64,000 nucleotides of DNA from Phoronis australis (GCA_002633005.1 NMRA01000072.1:1072656-1136655); one strand, 5' to 3'; counted from the first letter of the stretch, positions 39,301 through 54,300 are shown. Numbers and translations: made by a program. Notes: generated by a model from the sequence alone, not told the origin.

Positions 39301-42300
39301 ATTTGGTGACACTGTAAGAATTCACTATATAATAACTAGCTAGGAAACTGCTGTTATATCACATCTACATGAAAAACACTTAATACAGAGATGACCTCAA
39401 CTTTATACTCTAAGTTTATCATGTGAGGTAAATAGACTTTTAATTTAAATCATTGATTGACATCTTCAACTTTACACTTCACAGTAGTCATTGTTTTATT
39501 AACCAAGTCATTATTTTAGACTCTTTTGCTCTAGAAAACAAAGTGCATAAAATGAAGAAGACAATACAACACATAAAGATGCAGGTGTTTACTGATCAGC
39601 TGATACTATTGAAGGTGTTATTTTGCCTCTTGTTATGTTTAAATGGAAAGCATTAGTGTTCTTCATATAACCTCCCTGCTTATTTTGAAAAAACATGTTT
39701 CATCACTGGTAATTATCGGAGCTCTTCAAACTACATGACCCATTCATCAAAAGGTCTGCCTTCTGTGTCTGCATTCACTCTGAGCAAATGCTGTGACCCA
39801 AAACAAATAAAGTTTCAGTATGAAGGACTTTTACAGAGCTGTTTGTCATAACAGTCTTTTCTATAGTTGCACGCATAATTTCAGAGGACCAGAGGCGTCT
39901 AAGATAACTAGCCAGATTAATGTATTTTGAATATTTAGTTAATGTCAATGTTTGCTGTCTAGTAATTGTAATTTTAATCTTGTTTTTGTTTTGTTTGGGA
40001 ATTTTTAATCCATGAAGTACTGAATAGCACTTCCACGTGTGAGATGTGGTCATCATGAGATTACGTACACCATACGATCATTAAAAATTCCAATCTCCTA
40101 TAAAGAGCAAGAAAAAAAGGCACATATTCCCACTCAAACATGAGTGGTAACACAAGTGAGTATGGTAAATGCACCATAATTCTGTCATAGCTGTAAAATG
40201 ACACATTTGCTTGGTTTCTAATCATTTGTTAGTTTTGTTTTTTAACATATGCTATGCTGTGAAAACCACAATGACTTGTTACTGTTCTTAATGTACATCA
40301 AGACTTCTACTTATTTGCGTGTGCATTTTAAGTTTGCAGTTTGAAGCTAGAAATGGCTACAATGCAAAAGTCTGTCGGGGAAAGTTATGTGTAAAAAGAT
40401 AGTCAGTGAAATTCAAGAAAAACTTTCAAGTATGTTTTAACATACATTTTGGTAAATCTTTATTGTTGCCTTCCACATTCAAATTTTTTTCTGTATACGG
40501 AAGTATTTCATTGTAATTAGTTGGTCATTAATTAAAAAGCAATGTTTTATTGTCAACTGTGTACAAAGAATTAAGCACTTACATGTTTGTTTGGTGGAAC
40601 TTAATATTTGCAACTATCCTGTAATAGCTTTGCTACTGTCAGTTTCATTACTGGTAGTGTCTTAAGCACGGCTAGCCATACTTAAGCACAGCTAGCCATA
40701 CTTATGTCCCAGATACGACGTTCTCAGAGGAAATCGCATGGTTTTTGGTGGTCTGCAAAGGACAAGGCCATGGCTCTTTCACTGTACCACAGTTCATCAA
40801 GAATTTACAGACTGCTCAGAACAGTATTGGCTCTACCTTCACTATCAACACTTAGAGTTATGAGAAAAAGGTGAAGGTAATGCATTGCGATTTAGGTCCA
40901 TCAACTCTTTTCAAAGGTGCTCACATCACAAAATTTTTACCATACACAGAACACTGTAAACATGGATCCACGTATTTTTCCCACTGACATGTAGGTGTTA
41001 ATTGATCGCCAGTGGGAATTGTTCAGTAGAAACTGGGTTGTACACTTCATTCACTTGAGTTAAATAATTGTGGTTGGTTACTGGCTGAGTGTCGTTGGGG
41101 TTCTTCATGGTTCAGTGTTATTAATGGTCGGAATGGAATAATTTCAGCCACAATTGACCTTTCCTCACTGTCCTGAAGTTCAATTGATGAACAGGCCAGA
41201 AAAACAGCAAAAAGGCCTAATCGGTTTCATGAAAACCAGTGAGGTATTTTTTGCATTTCATTCAATGTTGTATTTAGTTTTTTGTGCGTTGCGCATTGCA
41301 GGTGTATACAGGGATCAACCAAACTATTCTGTCGGCACTTAAAGTAAAGGCTGCAAACTGGAACCCACTTTCCAGACTATGTGTTCTTACAATGGATAAT
41401 ATGTCCATCAAACAAGGTTTGTCCTATGATGTAGGCCGTGATGTCATGGAAGGCTTTGCAGAAGACAAGAAGTAACTGGCCAATCACGCACTTGTCTTCA
41501 TGGTATGTTTAGGTTACAGATATTTGACCTGTCTGCATTGGGCTTTTTACACCATTTTGGGATTATATATGGCAGTGTGAATTTCAGCGAATGGAATGTA
41601 TGAATATACAGCACTAAATAACCACTTAGGTTTGTAAGAGGATAATTAAAAGATTCAATTTCTGAGCTCAGAATTATGAACTCTGGTGTAAACATTTAGT
41701 TTACTATAATTGCATCAATTCCACTAAAAATAATACATTAGTTACTGCGTTTTCGATATTGGGAATCTTAATTTTTGTATGTGTCATTGTAATTGATTGA
41801 AATAATGAGTTATCAAGAATTTCCCTTCATACTTTTAGATCAGAGGACTTACAGACAAATGGAAGCAAACGTTTGGCTTCTTTTTCTTCAACGGACCTAT
41901 CGCCTGTACTGACATAAAGGCACTTGTGCCGAAATGCATCGCGAATCTGGAGGAAATCGGATTTGACTGTAGTTTTACTTGTGTGCGATCAGGGCTCAAA
42001 TAATCCGAACATGTTTATACAATTGGGTGTTACCTGCGACGAAACATATTTCCTGTTTAAAGGACAGAAAGTTTTTGTGATGTATGATGCCCCACACCTG
42101 TTGAAAAGCATACAAAAAAATTTCAAAAACATGGTTTTGTGGTTGACGGAAAGCAGGTGACGTGGAAACATTTTGTTGTTGAATTTCATGACAAGGACTC
42201 GAGCCCACCGATATGATTGGCGCCTAAACTAACGCCACTTAGTGCTACCACCCTTTGCTCCACTTTGGGTAAGTTTGGCTGCTCAACTGTTCAGTCACTC

Positions 42301-45300
42301 TGTAGCAGCAGAAATGCTTGCCACGATTACCTGGAATTTACTTACAGGTGATTGTCATGATTAAATACCTCTACTGAGCTCAACTCGCTTGTTTGGTCAC
42401 TTTTCTATAATGATATTAAATAGTTTCAACCTTTGCTTTGCTGTCTCTAAAATTTTAGTCTGCAAGATTGGCAATCAAGTGATGTTGCTTTCTTTGCATC
42501 TGGAGATATAATCAGCTTAATTTGAGTGAGTAGGAGGGCAGGGTGCAGAGACTTGGTACCAGGCTTCTGTGCACATCTTCAGAGAAATGTAATGAGGTGT
42601 AGTATACTCTAGTCTAAATATGTCAATAAAAATGGCCTCCATATCACTGCATGGTCTTTTTCAGAGGAAGCACATCCAACTGCCAAATTTACAGAGCTAG
42701 TCGACCTGATATTCAATGCTTTTAATAGCAAAACATTTTCCAGCACGTGTATCATGGGCCATGCCATCACAGAAACCTCTGGTCACATTGAGTTCTTGAG
42801 AGGCATGACTTCTTGGATCAAGAAAATCACAGTTCCATGTAAGGTTGCTCCTGAAAGTCTTCTCTGACTTGCATGAAGTAGTGGAAAGTTATTGTGACCA
42901 GCCAATCATTTAATTAAGGTTTGGCTGTCATTAACAACACTGCCTATGTTTCACAAATATTTTCATTTGACTGTACCTCGCATGACGCAACTCTATGGCT
43001 GTTAACCAAATTTATCTTGAGAGAAAGCCTGTTGCACTCCTGAAATCTCATTTATAAGTCCTGATTTTTGGGGTTAGGCCTACTATACGATTTGATTGTT
43101 ATTTCAGTTTTAACTTGCTAACAAGACGCAATACAGAGGCAATAGTGTATCAAACTCAAACTGTNCTTGGAGTGGCTGATATAGATAAGCCATGGTTTAC
43201 CAGAAGCATTAGTGAACGCATGAAACGTAACTCTTGTACAAATCTTTTTCAGCTGCAAAGCCTCGCCTCCCGTGTTTGTTAGGGTGGGAAATGGAGGCAA
43301 ACTTTCTAATACAGCTCTGGTTTCATTTACACGCCAAGTATGACCTCAAGTTCCTGCTCACCAGTCGTCTCAACCAGACTTGCGTCGACAACTTCTTCAG
43401 CATCATTAGGGGAAAAGGGGGCCAGCGAGACAACCCAGATGCAAGGGAATTTAGAGCCGCCTTTGGTCAGGTATATGTCATGCAGTTTGCATATGCTATG
43501 TGCAGCACAACTTAAATTGATTCTTGTCAGTATGCGATAAATGTCTGGAATTACCTTGTTCTGTGATGTTTTACCTGAACTCTTAATATCTTTTAAGAAT
43601 TTATTTTCTAAGAATAGAAGTGTCTAGTATTTTTTGGATCCGCAGAATAATTAAAATAATTTCATGTACATGCAGGTGATGGTCGATGATCTCATACTGT
43701 GTGGAAAGAAGACAACTATAAGGACGATGCAGACGTGTTCCAGTCAACATTTAGTGGCAACGATGTTAACCATTACGTCCTGCCAGCAGACACATAAACA
43801 CCACACCAACCACAAGGTATTGATCATATTCTGACAGTACGCTCTCTGTCTCAGGACGCTAGCACACTCTGCATTCAGGAGCGTAATGGCATTACCTATA
43901 TAGGAGGGTACATTGTCTGTAAACTGTGCTCTGTCGTTTGCTCAAGCTGTGCGCGCCATTTGTGCGACAAGACAAGTGTAAATGTCAATAATGTTGACTT
44001 CATTCAGAGAAAGAAAGTTGAAAGTGCCGTCAATGGTTTGGTTATGTCATCCCAAGAGGTAATTGAGTTGTTATCCAGCCTCGATCTGCGGTACAGGGAA
44101 ATCATTGACGAGGCAATAAACCGTGACGGAATCACTATCAGCTGCTCTGTGTAAGGATGTAGGTGCCATTCAGCTCTCATGTTCTTAGTGCAATACTGTA
44201 AGAGCTATATAAGTTTTGTACATGTTTTTCTGAACATCAGACTGCACTTTATGTTAAAAACATTCAACAGAAACCTCCTGGGTAAAAGAAATGAAAGAAA
44301 AGTGCTTATTAAAGTTTAGCCATCTTAACACTAGTAACCACCAATTTCAAATCGTGGAGCAACCTGTGGGTATTGTCAAGAAATGTTTCATTGTTTTAAT
44401 TTTTACAATAATTCATGTTTTGGATAGCTTAGCAATATTGATGTGCTTTCATGTGTTGTTCTATGGCAGAATTGACATACCCATTGTGCATTGTAATTTC
44501 TGTTTGTTTATCTGATTAGACCGATATACTAAGCTTGGTTTGCTCCGCCTGTTAAAGATATATTTGTTTGACATGAGATCACACTGGCCTATTCTCTTGC
44601 TTTTCCAACTAGACGGATATCCTAGCTCGGTTAGCTCTGTCCGTCAAACATATTGGTAAATCAAGAAGGTACTTTGTGCTCAAGTCAAGAATCTATTGTT
44701 ACAGTATATGACAGCTTATGGTTAGGGAGGTATCCTAGCTCGGTTAACTCTGCCTTCTATAGATACTTTTTTGTCAATGTGTGTCTACTAAAATTATATG
44801 TGAGGGAACATGAGAATGGAATACAGTGTGGTAATGATGAATTGTCTTGCTTTCTTTTTCTTACTTGTGTTACACCTAGTGCACAAACCAATTGTCTGCA
44901 CTGGTAGCAGCCTGGCGTATTCAATAGGGAACACATTCAAAATTGTTGGGTGTACATGAAACGAGCAGTGTGCTGGGAGCACTTTGTAATGAAAAGTTGA
45001 AAAACACCCTGGATGGTACTGGTGCATGATGGCCAATAGTCATTACAAGCAAAAGTCCTTGGGGTCATGCACAAAACGAGGGCCAAATCTTATCACCACC
45101 TCAGCACATGTTGTCAATGGTCAGGGGAACAACCAAAATTTGTGACGATGGGAGGGGCTCAACACTCATGTGGCACACCCCACTGGTTTTTACCTGTTTA
45201 GCACTCCTGCCATGTACCCCCCTGGGAGGGGGTCAACACCCACCTGGATTGCACTCCTCCCTTGTACCCCTTTGCTGGCACCTGGGGATGACTCCCCCCT

Positions 45301-48300
45301 GAACCCCCAGGAGCAATCACTAAAATTATGCAGGTATGAAATGTTATAAGGAACGGTAATTTGCCTTATTAAGAACTCAAACAAGAAACAAAACCATGAT
45401 GGCTTTTGAAGGGAGCTTCAAGAGAATGAAATCCAATACACTTTGGCACGTAGACACACTTACTCACAACGCTGATAATGTAACGTCTGAGGTTACTAGT
45501 ACCTTCCAACACGTAAAGAAGCAAACTAGGAGTTGTAATAACTGCTCAACAACAAAGGAAAAAACACAGATAGACTGGGAGTTGACCGTCTACCTAACAA
45601 CGCTAAGGAAAGAAATAACTATGCAAGAGTTGTGGCACAGCTTGTGGACGTCGTTGGACATCGAGGACTTTAGTTGCCCAAACTGTAATAGTCTCAGTGG
45701 CCAGCTCACATGGTCATTAGAAAACCGCCAAAATATCTTTGTATTCATATCTTACGAACCGCGACTAATGGTGAAAAAATCAACACAAAGATTTCCTCGT
45801 ATGACCTCTCCGGCTACAAAATAAAAGCAGTCATTGAACACCATGGAAGAAACACGACGGGTGGTCATTACACATGCTGTATTAAATCGTCAGCATGGGA
45901 ATGGATAAATTTTGACGACTCTACAGTCACAAGTACATCCAAGCCTCCCCTGGATGCCTACATTGCAATATATGAATTATAAACCAACAAAGGAAATCAA
46001 CATAAAAAATATGGCGCAATTTCAACATCAAAGTCGCATATCACATCTGACGCAGCCAAGTCATTTTTTGAAATTCATCCTGGTACGGGAATTGGGGATA
46101 GTTAGGCCTATAAAAGATCTTTAACCCAGCCGCAGAGCGTCTAAAGCCGCGCACCGTACCAGTGACTGCTGGCAACTCATCGGAGACTCAACTTTAACAT
46201 CCTTCGCCGCAGAGATAACAACTCTTAGGCTGTCTCCGGTGAGTCCATTCTTTGTTGAATGATGTTTAGGTAAATTTAAAACACACATTTTCATTCGCAT
46301 TTTATTATAAGTGGATGTTAGTTTACATATTTTACTCATTTTCAATCACACGCATCGAACGTCATTAAAGTATGAATTTATCAGTGTTTACATGGTACGG
46401 ACCGCGCTGCTAAATTAGTGTTGCTTATTTGCCACTTAGATCACTAGTTTTTCGATCGATAACCATTGCCGCGAATGGCAAGATGGTGGAGTGAATTCTC
46501 CTATTCTACGTACACTCCTTGGTTCGAGTACATAACGACTTACACGGATACTTTTTAGTCATAGTTTGCAGATGATAAACCCAACATAAAGGCTAAAAGT
46601 TCAAGTTTCAACTCGAAATTTCAAGTTTACACTCGAGTTTGTTGCACGAATATAAGGGTAATCAAGTGCAAACTTGGACTACAAACTCATATACATAAAC
46701 AGTAACAGACACAATGGTCAACTTGTTATTCACTACATGGCGCTAATGAATAAAGGGCCCTCTCTGAAGCATCTAAAGAGACTTCTTCTTCTTCTTCTTC
46801 TTCAGCCTTCCCGATGAATAAAATGCGTGCATGTCTGGTTCTCTTCTGCAGGGAAGGTGGTACAGGTACAGAAGGTCTGCCCGCTGTCATTAGCCGACAT
46901 GCTCCGTCTTCGTGGCAGCACATGGTTTTATTTTGCAGTGGCTTTCTCCTAGACTGATTGCCTTCTATGGCTGATGAGCCCAGTCTGCCCAGGTTTTGAT
47001 GTAAGAGTTGTCCTTCTCGTAGGTGACAGGAGCAATGTTTTACAGGGAAAGGAATTTGGCCTTACGCCCAACCCTAGTGTAACCCTAGGGAGTGTTTGGG
47101 GTGAATTTCATCTGATCTCTACCTTTTAACCTGCCCAGCATGGGTAGCCCAGCCAGAAGTTTTAAACTCCCGCCGGTAAAGCTCTAGAGGTCACGGAGAT
47201 ACACAAGCTGTTCCGCTATGATAAGGCATACACCCCAGGAACAGCTAAAGAGACTAAGAACAGAAAGCCTTCATCAGCATGGGAGTTTAAGGGACAAAAC
47301 CACATGCACACAGGTGGGACCGTTGTATCACTAGCGCCACCTAGAAAATCTTATTACCTTTTGCAAGTAGTGTAGGAAGAAGTCATCCACCATGACCACA
47401 TATTGTGAAGTGAAGTCAAATTCGGGACGTGTTCCCTTGACTACAGGTGTCGACTGTGTCTCGTACTCAAAGAACTCCCAGGTACAGAACAGTGACGGAT
47501 CGTCATCACCAAGCAACTTGACACCATCAGCGCTGAGAATCACCTGTTGAGACAAAATGGAGGGCTGATAACAATACGCTGAATACTCGGCGTGTAATTA
47601 AATTTCTACAATCTTGGGAGTATGCTGCACTGGGCAAAGCCCCTCACCAAGAAATATCAAAGTGCCACATTCATTCCAACTAAATGCTTGAAGCTTAAAA
47701 CAAGACCTGTACTAAGACACTGGATTCAAAACACTTGACTGCTTGACATGACAGCTTTGCAGTGCTCAATTTGGCGGACAATGCGACTTCAGATTGTGTT
47801 TGGCGGCCTCTGAAAAAATTCCAAGTCGCTACGAAGTCGCCACAGTGAGTACCACAGTCAGACAGTAATTCCTCCAAAATCTGTAAAAAAATTTGTGGTG
47901 ACTTGCAAACTTGAAATTACAAGGAGTTTTCCAAGATTCAACACCTTTGGTTCAAAATTGTTCTGTTTATTTCTTGAAAGCATTGCAACGCTCAGCAGTC
48001 AGCACACATCACGCACGTACTTAAATTACAACAGAACTAAACTAACGGAAGTCAGAAATCGGAAATGCTTGGCATTAATCAGGCAAGGTCAGACCATGAA
48101 ACACGCACCTCCAGCATACCCTATCATCTGCATTCTCTGTTGGCAGGTCTGAATGGTGCATATGAACAGGCAGAAATAGAAGTATGCAAACTTTTTGAGA
48201 ATGGTGCGACGTTATTTCATTTGATTGACAATTTCGACGACCTCAGATTTTGTTTGGTGACTTGGGATTTTCCAAAGTCACATTTGGCAACTTGGCGTTA

Positions 48301-51300
48301 AGTGCTGCTTTGGTTTCGAGATTAAGTACCCACCTCCTAGCCCCCTGGAGCCTGCACTCTGATCTCTACAACCTGTACCATCTCATACATCACCTACCTT
48401 AGTAACGTGTATCTCAAACATATTCTGTCCCCTCTCCAGGTGTATTGTCTCATCCACCACCTCTTCGTCACCGCCCTCATCCTCCACCCCCGGGGCCTGC
48501 ACCCTGTACTGCCGCGTGCCATACGCCACATCCTTCATTTGTCCCTCCAACTTTTTGATCCTCGCCGCTCTCAGGTCCAGCAGTTGTGCATACTCATCCA
48601 GCTTAGTCTCATACTCAAGTCGGTTTTCTTCCATCTTAGTCGTAACCGCCTCAACCTTGGGGCAAAAGGAAGAGCAACGGTTACTATAGTTCAGGTCATC
48701 ACCACTTAGTCACATGTAAAACCTGAAGCTGTACAGAAATGTCTCTTGGCAGCAAAGATAGCAGTTACCTTAACTCCCTTCCATCATGCAAGTAAATGCC
48801 CACCACAGACTTAATAGTGTTTCTGCTTACTGCTAACTATTGGTATTTTACTGGACTTTCTTATAAGTTAGACTTTTTATCTCCGACAGTCTTTGGGGCC
48901 ATACATGGAAAAAAATGAGCCAGCCACAAAGTGTTACATGTTGAGCACCTGTTACCTCGGATTCGGATGTGAATAAGGCCAGGATCTGGCTCTTAAAACT
49001 GCAAAAAAATAATGGTTCTTTTGAAGAATAAATTTAATGCCTAGTACTGGTTGACTTTAGTCCTGGTAAGTGCCAATTTCAACAACGTGGCCATTCTTAA
49101 TGCACTGCAGAAGACCCCAACAACCCAATGTCCCTGGCGACCACTGTCACAGCAACGACCGTAACTCCAGTGAATTCAAAATTGCCACTGAAATGCTAGA
49201 ATAACAAATGGAAAAGTGGAAATAAACCCGTGAACCATTTAATATAGGTCATACGGCATCGCCTCAATTTTCATCCGAGAAAGTCAATTGAGATTTAAAT
49301 AACTGGCACATTTCTTCAGGAACCATATTTTAATAAAGCAGACAGTTCAACTTAAGACCCAGCCCCCAGGCATTAACACGGAGAAATACGGTACATCACA
49401 ATAACTTGGGTGAACACGTGATGTGGTAGCAGAACAGCTTACCTCCGTCTGATAATCCTTGTTGATCTTATGTTGAACGATCAACATGTTCCTGGTCTTC
49501 TCCAGCTCTTCAATAGTCTCGGCATGGTCAGCGTGAAGACGGTTCACCTCTTTCTCCAGATCTGAAATGTGGTCAAGTCGGGACTGTTAAAGCCGTAACT
49601 TACAAATAAATCTGCAATGTTAAAGCAGTAAAACACGAGGTACACGTACATTGTATTTTTCCTGTTGCACGGCGGTGTTTGAGATTGAGCCCTGGAAACC
49701 TGATTTCTGAACACAAGAAATGCTGTAGAGAATGCACTAACTCATTAGGAGTAGCATAGTATATGTGGACAAAACAACACAACATCCAGCAGGATAACAT
49801 CAGGATACTCAACAGTGAACTACGCTGGACTAAAAGAAAGATCAAGGAGTCTATGCATATGGAGCTACACGGCAATGTCTACAGCCAGCCAATGAAACAG
49901 AGCCAAGTGACACCTGGCTTCCATTCCTTAAACAATAAGGAAGATAAAAGTATAACAAGTTTCAGGTTTAGTGGTTAGAGTGGTGGACTGATGACCGAAA
50001 TGTCCCAGGTTCAAACCCTACCGTGCACAAGGAGAAATACAATTGAAGTGGCCACCATGAACGATGTAACACCTGAAGATGGCTGGAGAAAATGTCGTGC
50101 CATGTAAACAAGCTAGATGCTGGTGAAAATAGACCAATAGATTTTAGAAACGATGTTTATCTTAAATGCACAATAAACTCATGGCTTCTGATTTAGGCCA
50201 GCCTACATAAGAAAATTTGCCTCATTTTGTTCCTTTCGCATACTAGAACGGATTTCTAGACTTGTGACAAATTGACGAGCATGTCATTGCTTCAGAACAT
50301 GCTCATTCAGTAGCTTGCTGTGGTGGGTTACTTCCAGCCACTGAAGCAGAGTGTGGCGTCGGTGAATCCCGAGCAATTTATTGCAACCAATTTCAATCGC
50401 AAACGGAATGAGAACGCGACAATGTTGTTTTGGAACAACAAATATGGAGGTGAAGAAAATTATTTTTGACACACTGTGTCCTGTCAGGAGAAAATGATTT
50501 ACAGTGGCTATAACAACTGAATGTTTTCCACTCATGCTGAATGATTTGCCATGATACTGCATGTACAGCGTGATAAGTGCAATCTATAGGACTGTGAGTG
50601 AAGCCAACAGACCATTAGTATGCCACCCAATTCAGTTACCTTTACTTTTTTCCTCGTCCACCTGTTGTAGGAAGCTGATCTCCTCTGCACCCTGTTGTTC
50701 CTTACGTTGCTTAATCAACACCAGGGCTTCTTCGATCTCGGCAAAGTCAACGGCACTCTCCTAAAGGGAAGACAGACACGACGGCATGAACGTCTGTAGT
50801 GATCTCGCTATATTTAAGAACAAGACTAAAACACCAGTCATGTAAACAAAGTGAGCGCACAATCTGACACAGTCTGGGGAACCAGGCTACTTGAAGTGAA
50901 GTAACGTGTGACGCGAATTGTAGCTGAATTCATATAATTCCTGACCAATGGCAACACAAGAGAGTGGTGTCTTCGCCCACCCAATAACGACATTGCAGAT
51001 TGTGTACTTTTGCTAAAACGTGCACAGTAGGAACACCATAACGGAACGAACATAAACAAATTACAATAGTCACAAAAAAAAACGAAAAACAAGGACAGAA
51101 AGACAAACTGTACAAGCCAAGAAAAGACTTGGTAGTTATTAGTGCAATGACAATTTTCATTAGGCTGAACATAAGAAACTCTTTTGGTGAAACATAAATT
51201 ATTTTCCCGTACCCTTGTGAAGAATTTCATTTTTTCTTTCAACTCGTCATGTTCCTCTTTCAGTTGGAAGTACTTAAGTCGTTCTTCACGCAACTCCTTG

Positions 51301-54300
51301 TCTAACTTCTCAGCATTCTCTGAAAAACACGCATGCTTGTACTCAAGAGCTCAGAGTGGAATGACAAGTGCCGTCCGCTAAGGAGACAGATGTCTACTTA
51401 GCATGTGTCTACCTTTCTTACTTGTCAACAAAGCTTTCTGCAGTCTTAAAATCAAAGTTACAATATTCTAGTGTTCAGATAAAGCAGGAAATCAACTATA
51501 ACTAGATTACAACAAAATATTCAACAAGAACAAAAAATACTCACTGCGGGGCCATGACCCTAAATGATGAAAAGCAGGTCATCAACATATTAAATAAAGT
51601 TTGAGATTGCATAAAACACTGCTACAAGAATGAAATGCAACGTAAAAGGTTGCTGTTATAGGCACTATAAACCACAATAAATAATGACACAGCAGCCCTG
51701 TGTAACAACTAAGAACCTTGATGATCGGCCTACTTACGCCTCTCTCCGCTCAGACGGTCTAGTATGCTGCCCTTTTCACCGACATCAGCCTTGAGGGTGG
51801 CCTCCAGCTGAGCTATCTGCACCTTCAGCGCATTCTCACGCTGACGCCACTCACGCTCTCGCTCCAGGTCAAAAGCACTGCAGGAGAAGCATGCATAATG
51901 AGTGAGAGAAGTAGGTGTATGCAGTGGGAGGGGTATGCATAACGAGTGGGAGAAGCATGCAAAATGAGCATACAAAATGAGTGGTAGGAGCTTGTGTATA
52001 ATGTAGGCTGAAAAGGTTGGATTAGATTTGTTTTATTTTTGAAAAGCTTAATACAAGAAAAGCAGTTTTAATTATGGCTGGGATTTGATTTGTTCTTTTG
52101 GACAGAAGTTTTAAGAACACAGCAAGTAATGAAAAGAGGAGTGAAAGTCAAAACAGGTCTTGTTTAACATTGTGACAGTACTTACCTACTAACCAACTTC
52201 TCATTGGCTTCTTTCAAAATTTGATTTTCATTTCTCAGGTCTTTGACTTGCTCTTCCAGCTAAAAAACAATTAAACCTTGCAAATATTATTCCAAAAAGC
52301 AAGACGATACTTATTCCTTTCATGATATTTTATAATACGTGATACAATGTATCATAGACTTCAGGATATTATTCGTTGCTTTCTCATTGACTGCAACTGA
52401 TTCACGCACCATGCATACACAGGTTCAGCCAGGTTAACCAACTAAGACATCTGGATGGTTTGTAAGTCAGAAGTGATCATTAGAAACCAATTCCCATGTC
52501 CTGAAATCATCACTCTTTATTTGCAGAGGTAGAAAAATGCTGCATTGCTTGATTGACTTAGTTTTTTGAAATGTAGGGCAGCTAACACAATTCTCAGTTG
52601 AGTCTGACAAAAGAAGAACTTTTTATCATGCCTCAATCAGATTTTAATATTTTTTTGCATGTCTTGATTGAAACTTGCTGTGCATCAATAAAATTTCACA
52701 TCAGAATGACCGTATAATGGCAAACTTTTAATGCAAAATAGTGGTTATCACAGCAGCCTTGTATAACTGTGCGGCAAATACTCCACGGCAAATATTGCGG
52801 AATTCAAGAGGCCTCTAAAGTGGCTATTGCATGTTGTTTGGGGTTGACCAGACTGACACGGCATGCACCAAGGTAGCTAGGACAATGCATTCCTCAAGCT
52901 ACACAGTACCTCAACTATAGTTCCATGACTGGCCGATCCAGCCTTCAGCTGGTTCTTGAGGGCAAGGTTCCTGGTCTGTTCTGACTTGATCTGCTGATTC
53001 AGAGACTCCAGCTCAGCCATTAGACGGTCATGGCTGCCCTTGATTGTCCGTGTGTTCTGCAAACGCACACAAACATTACAAAAGTGATTTCTGAGCTTGC
53101 AGAGAACTGTCAGTTCATAATAGCACGATACAAAACTGATGATAAGTGAACTAATGAAGATTTATAAAACTGATACACCATGATAAATGAACTAGTGGAG
53201 ACTTATAAAGCTGTCAGTTCTTTACATGCCAAAAAATAACCTCTAATTTGACTAAGGAAATTATAATAGACAAATTACAACAAGAAAACAAAATTATCAA
53301 CAAAAAATTGGTAACCTAAAGGCTAAAATTCACAATTAATCAACAGCACACTTATTGACATACTAAGACGCATACTTGGTTAAATCAAATATACCTCCGA
53401 GCAATAGGTTTACCCTTGCCATCAAACAAATATAGGGCCTGTGTTTATATAAGGAAATCTCCAGTAAGGTGTACAGTAGCATAGCCAGAAGATCATTACT
53501 TACATCTTCCAAGCTGTCATACTGAGCCTGCAGTTTAGTTAGCTTCGTCCCTTTCTCCTTCACTTCACGCTGTAGGCGAATCAAGTCAACGTTCTCTTGA
53601 AGATTGGCCCTGTCAACCAAAAGCGTGTTTATGTATAATATACAAAACAATAGTCATTAAAAAGCACCTAAACAATGGCAGATTATTATATTTTTTTCTT
53701 ATTGACATATGGGTGTGATTGAAGTTATCTCAGTAGCAAGAGGGTATGTACATAATCCAAAAGACTAGGACTTTTATTCAAATAAAGCCGAATTATTTTT
53801 CAGAAGAAATAGTTGGGCAGAGAGCAATGCCAAATTTTTTCTTTCTTATCGACACTTTTCACGAAAAAGATCCCCCTGGCTCCCAAGCGAAACGTTACAG
53901 CAAATCTTCATAAAAGTGTTTGCAAAAAGTGTTCTCTATGCCTTACTGTGCAATCCTAGAGTGAAATTGCGTTAGAATTCAAGTGGAGTCAACTCCACAT
54001 TAGTAGTTCTAAATAACTGAGAGACGGCGTAGAGTGAGATGGTAATCAAGCATGCTGAACAGAGGATGAGCTTGCACGTTCTAGCCGACACCACTCACCT
54101 CTGACCAGCAGACACTTGCTGTTTAATCGCCAGAAGGTCTTCTTCAAATTCAGCTTCTTTTAATCTCATCTAAAAACAACAACAGGACTTGAAAACGCCA
54201 TCCATTAATAAATCCAGAGAACAAAGCTTGGTTAGGGAGTGAATAAATAAATGTGGGTGTTAATCCTAGTTCATACAGGACTGAGGTGAACAGTGGGTGC

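Noticed and set aside
49965-50028. Functional tRNA gene, or a hammerhead (ggaCTGATGAccGAAAtgtcc)
   Set aside because: No acceptor stem for a tRNA and no stem II for a hammerhead; better explained as a SINE head
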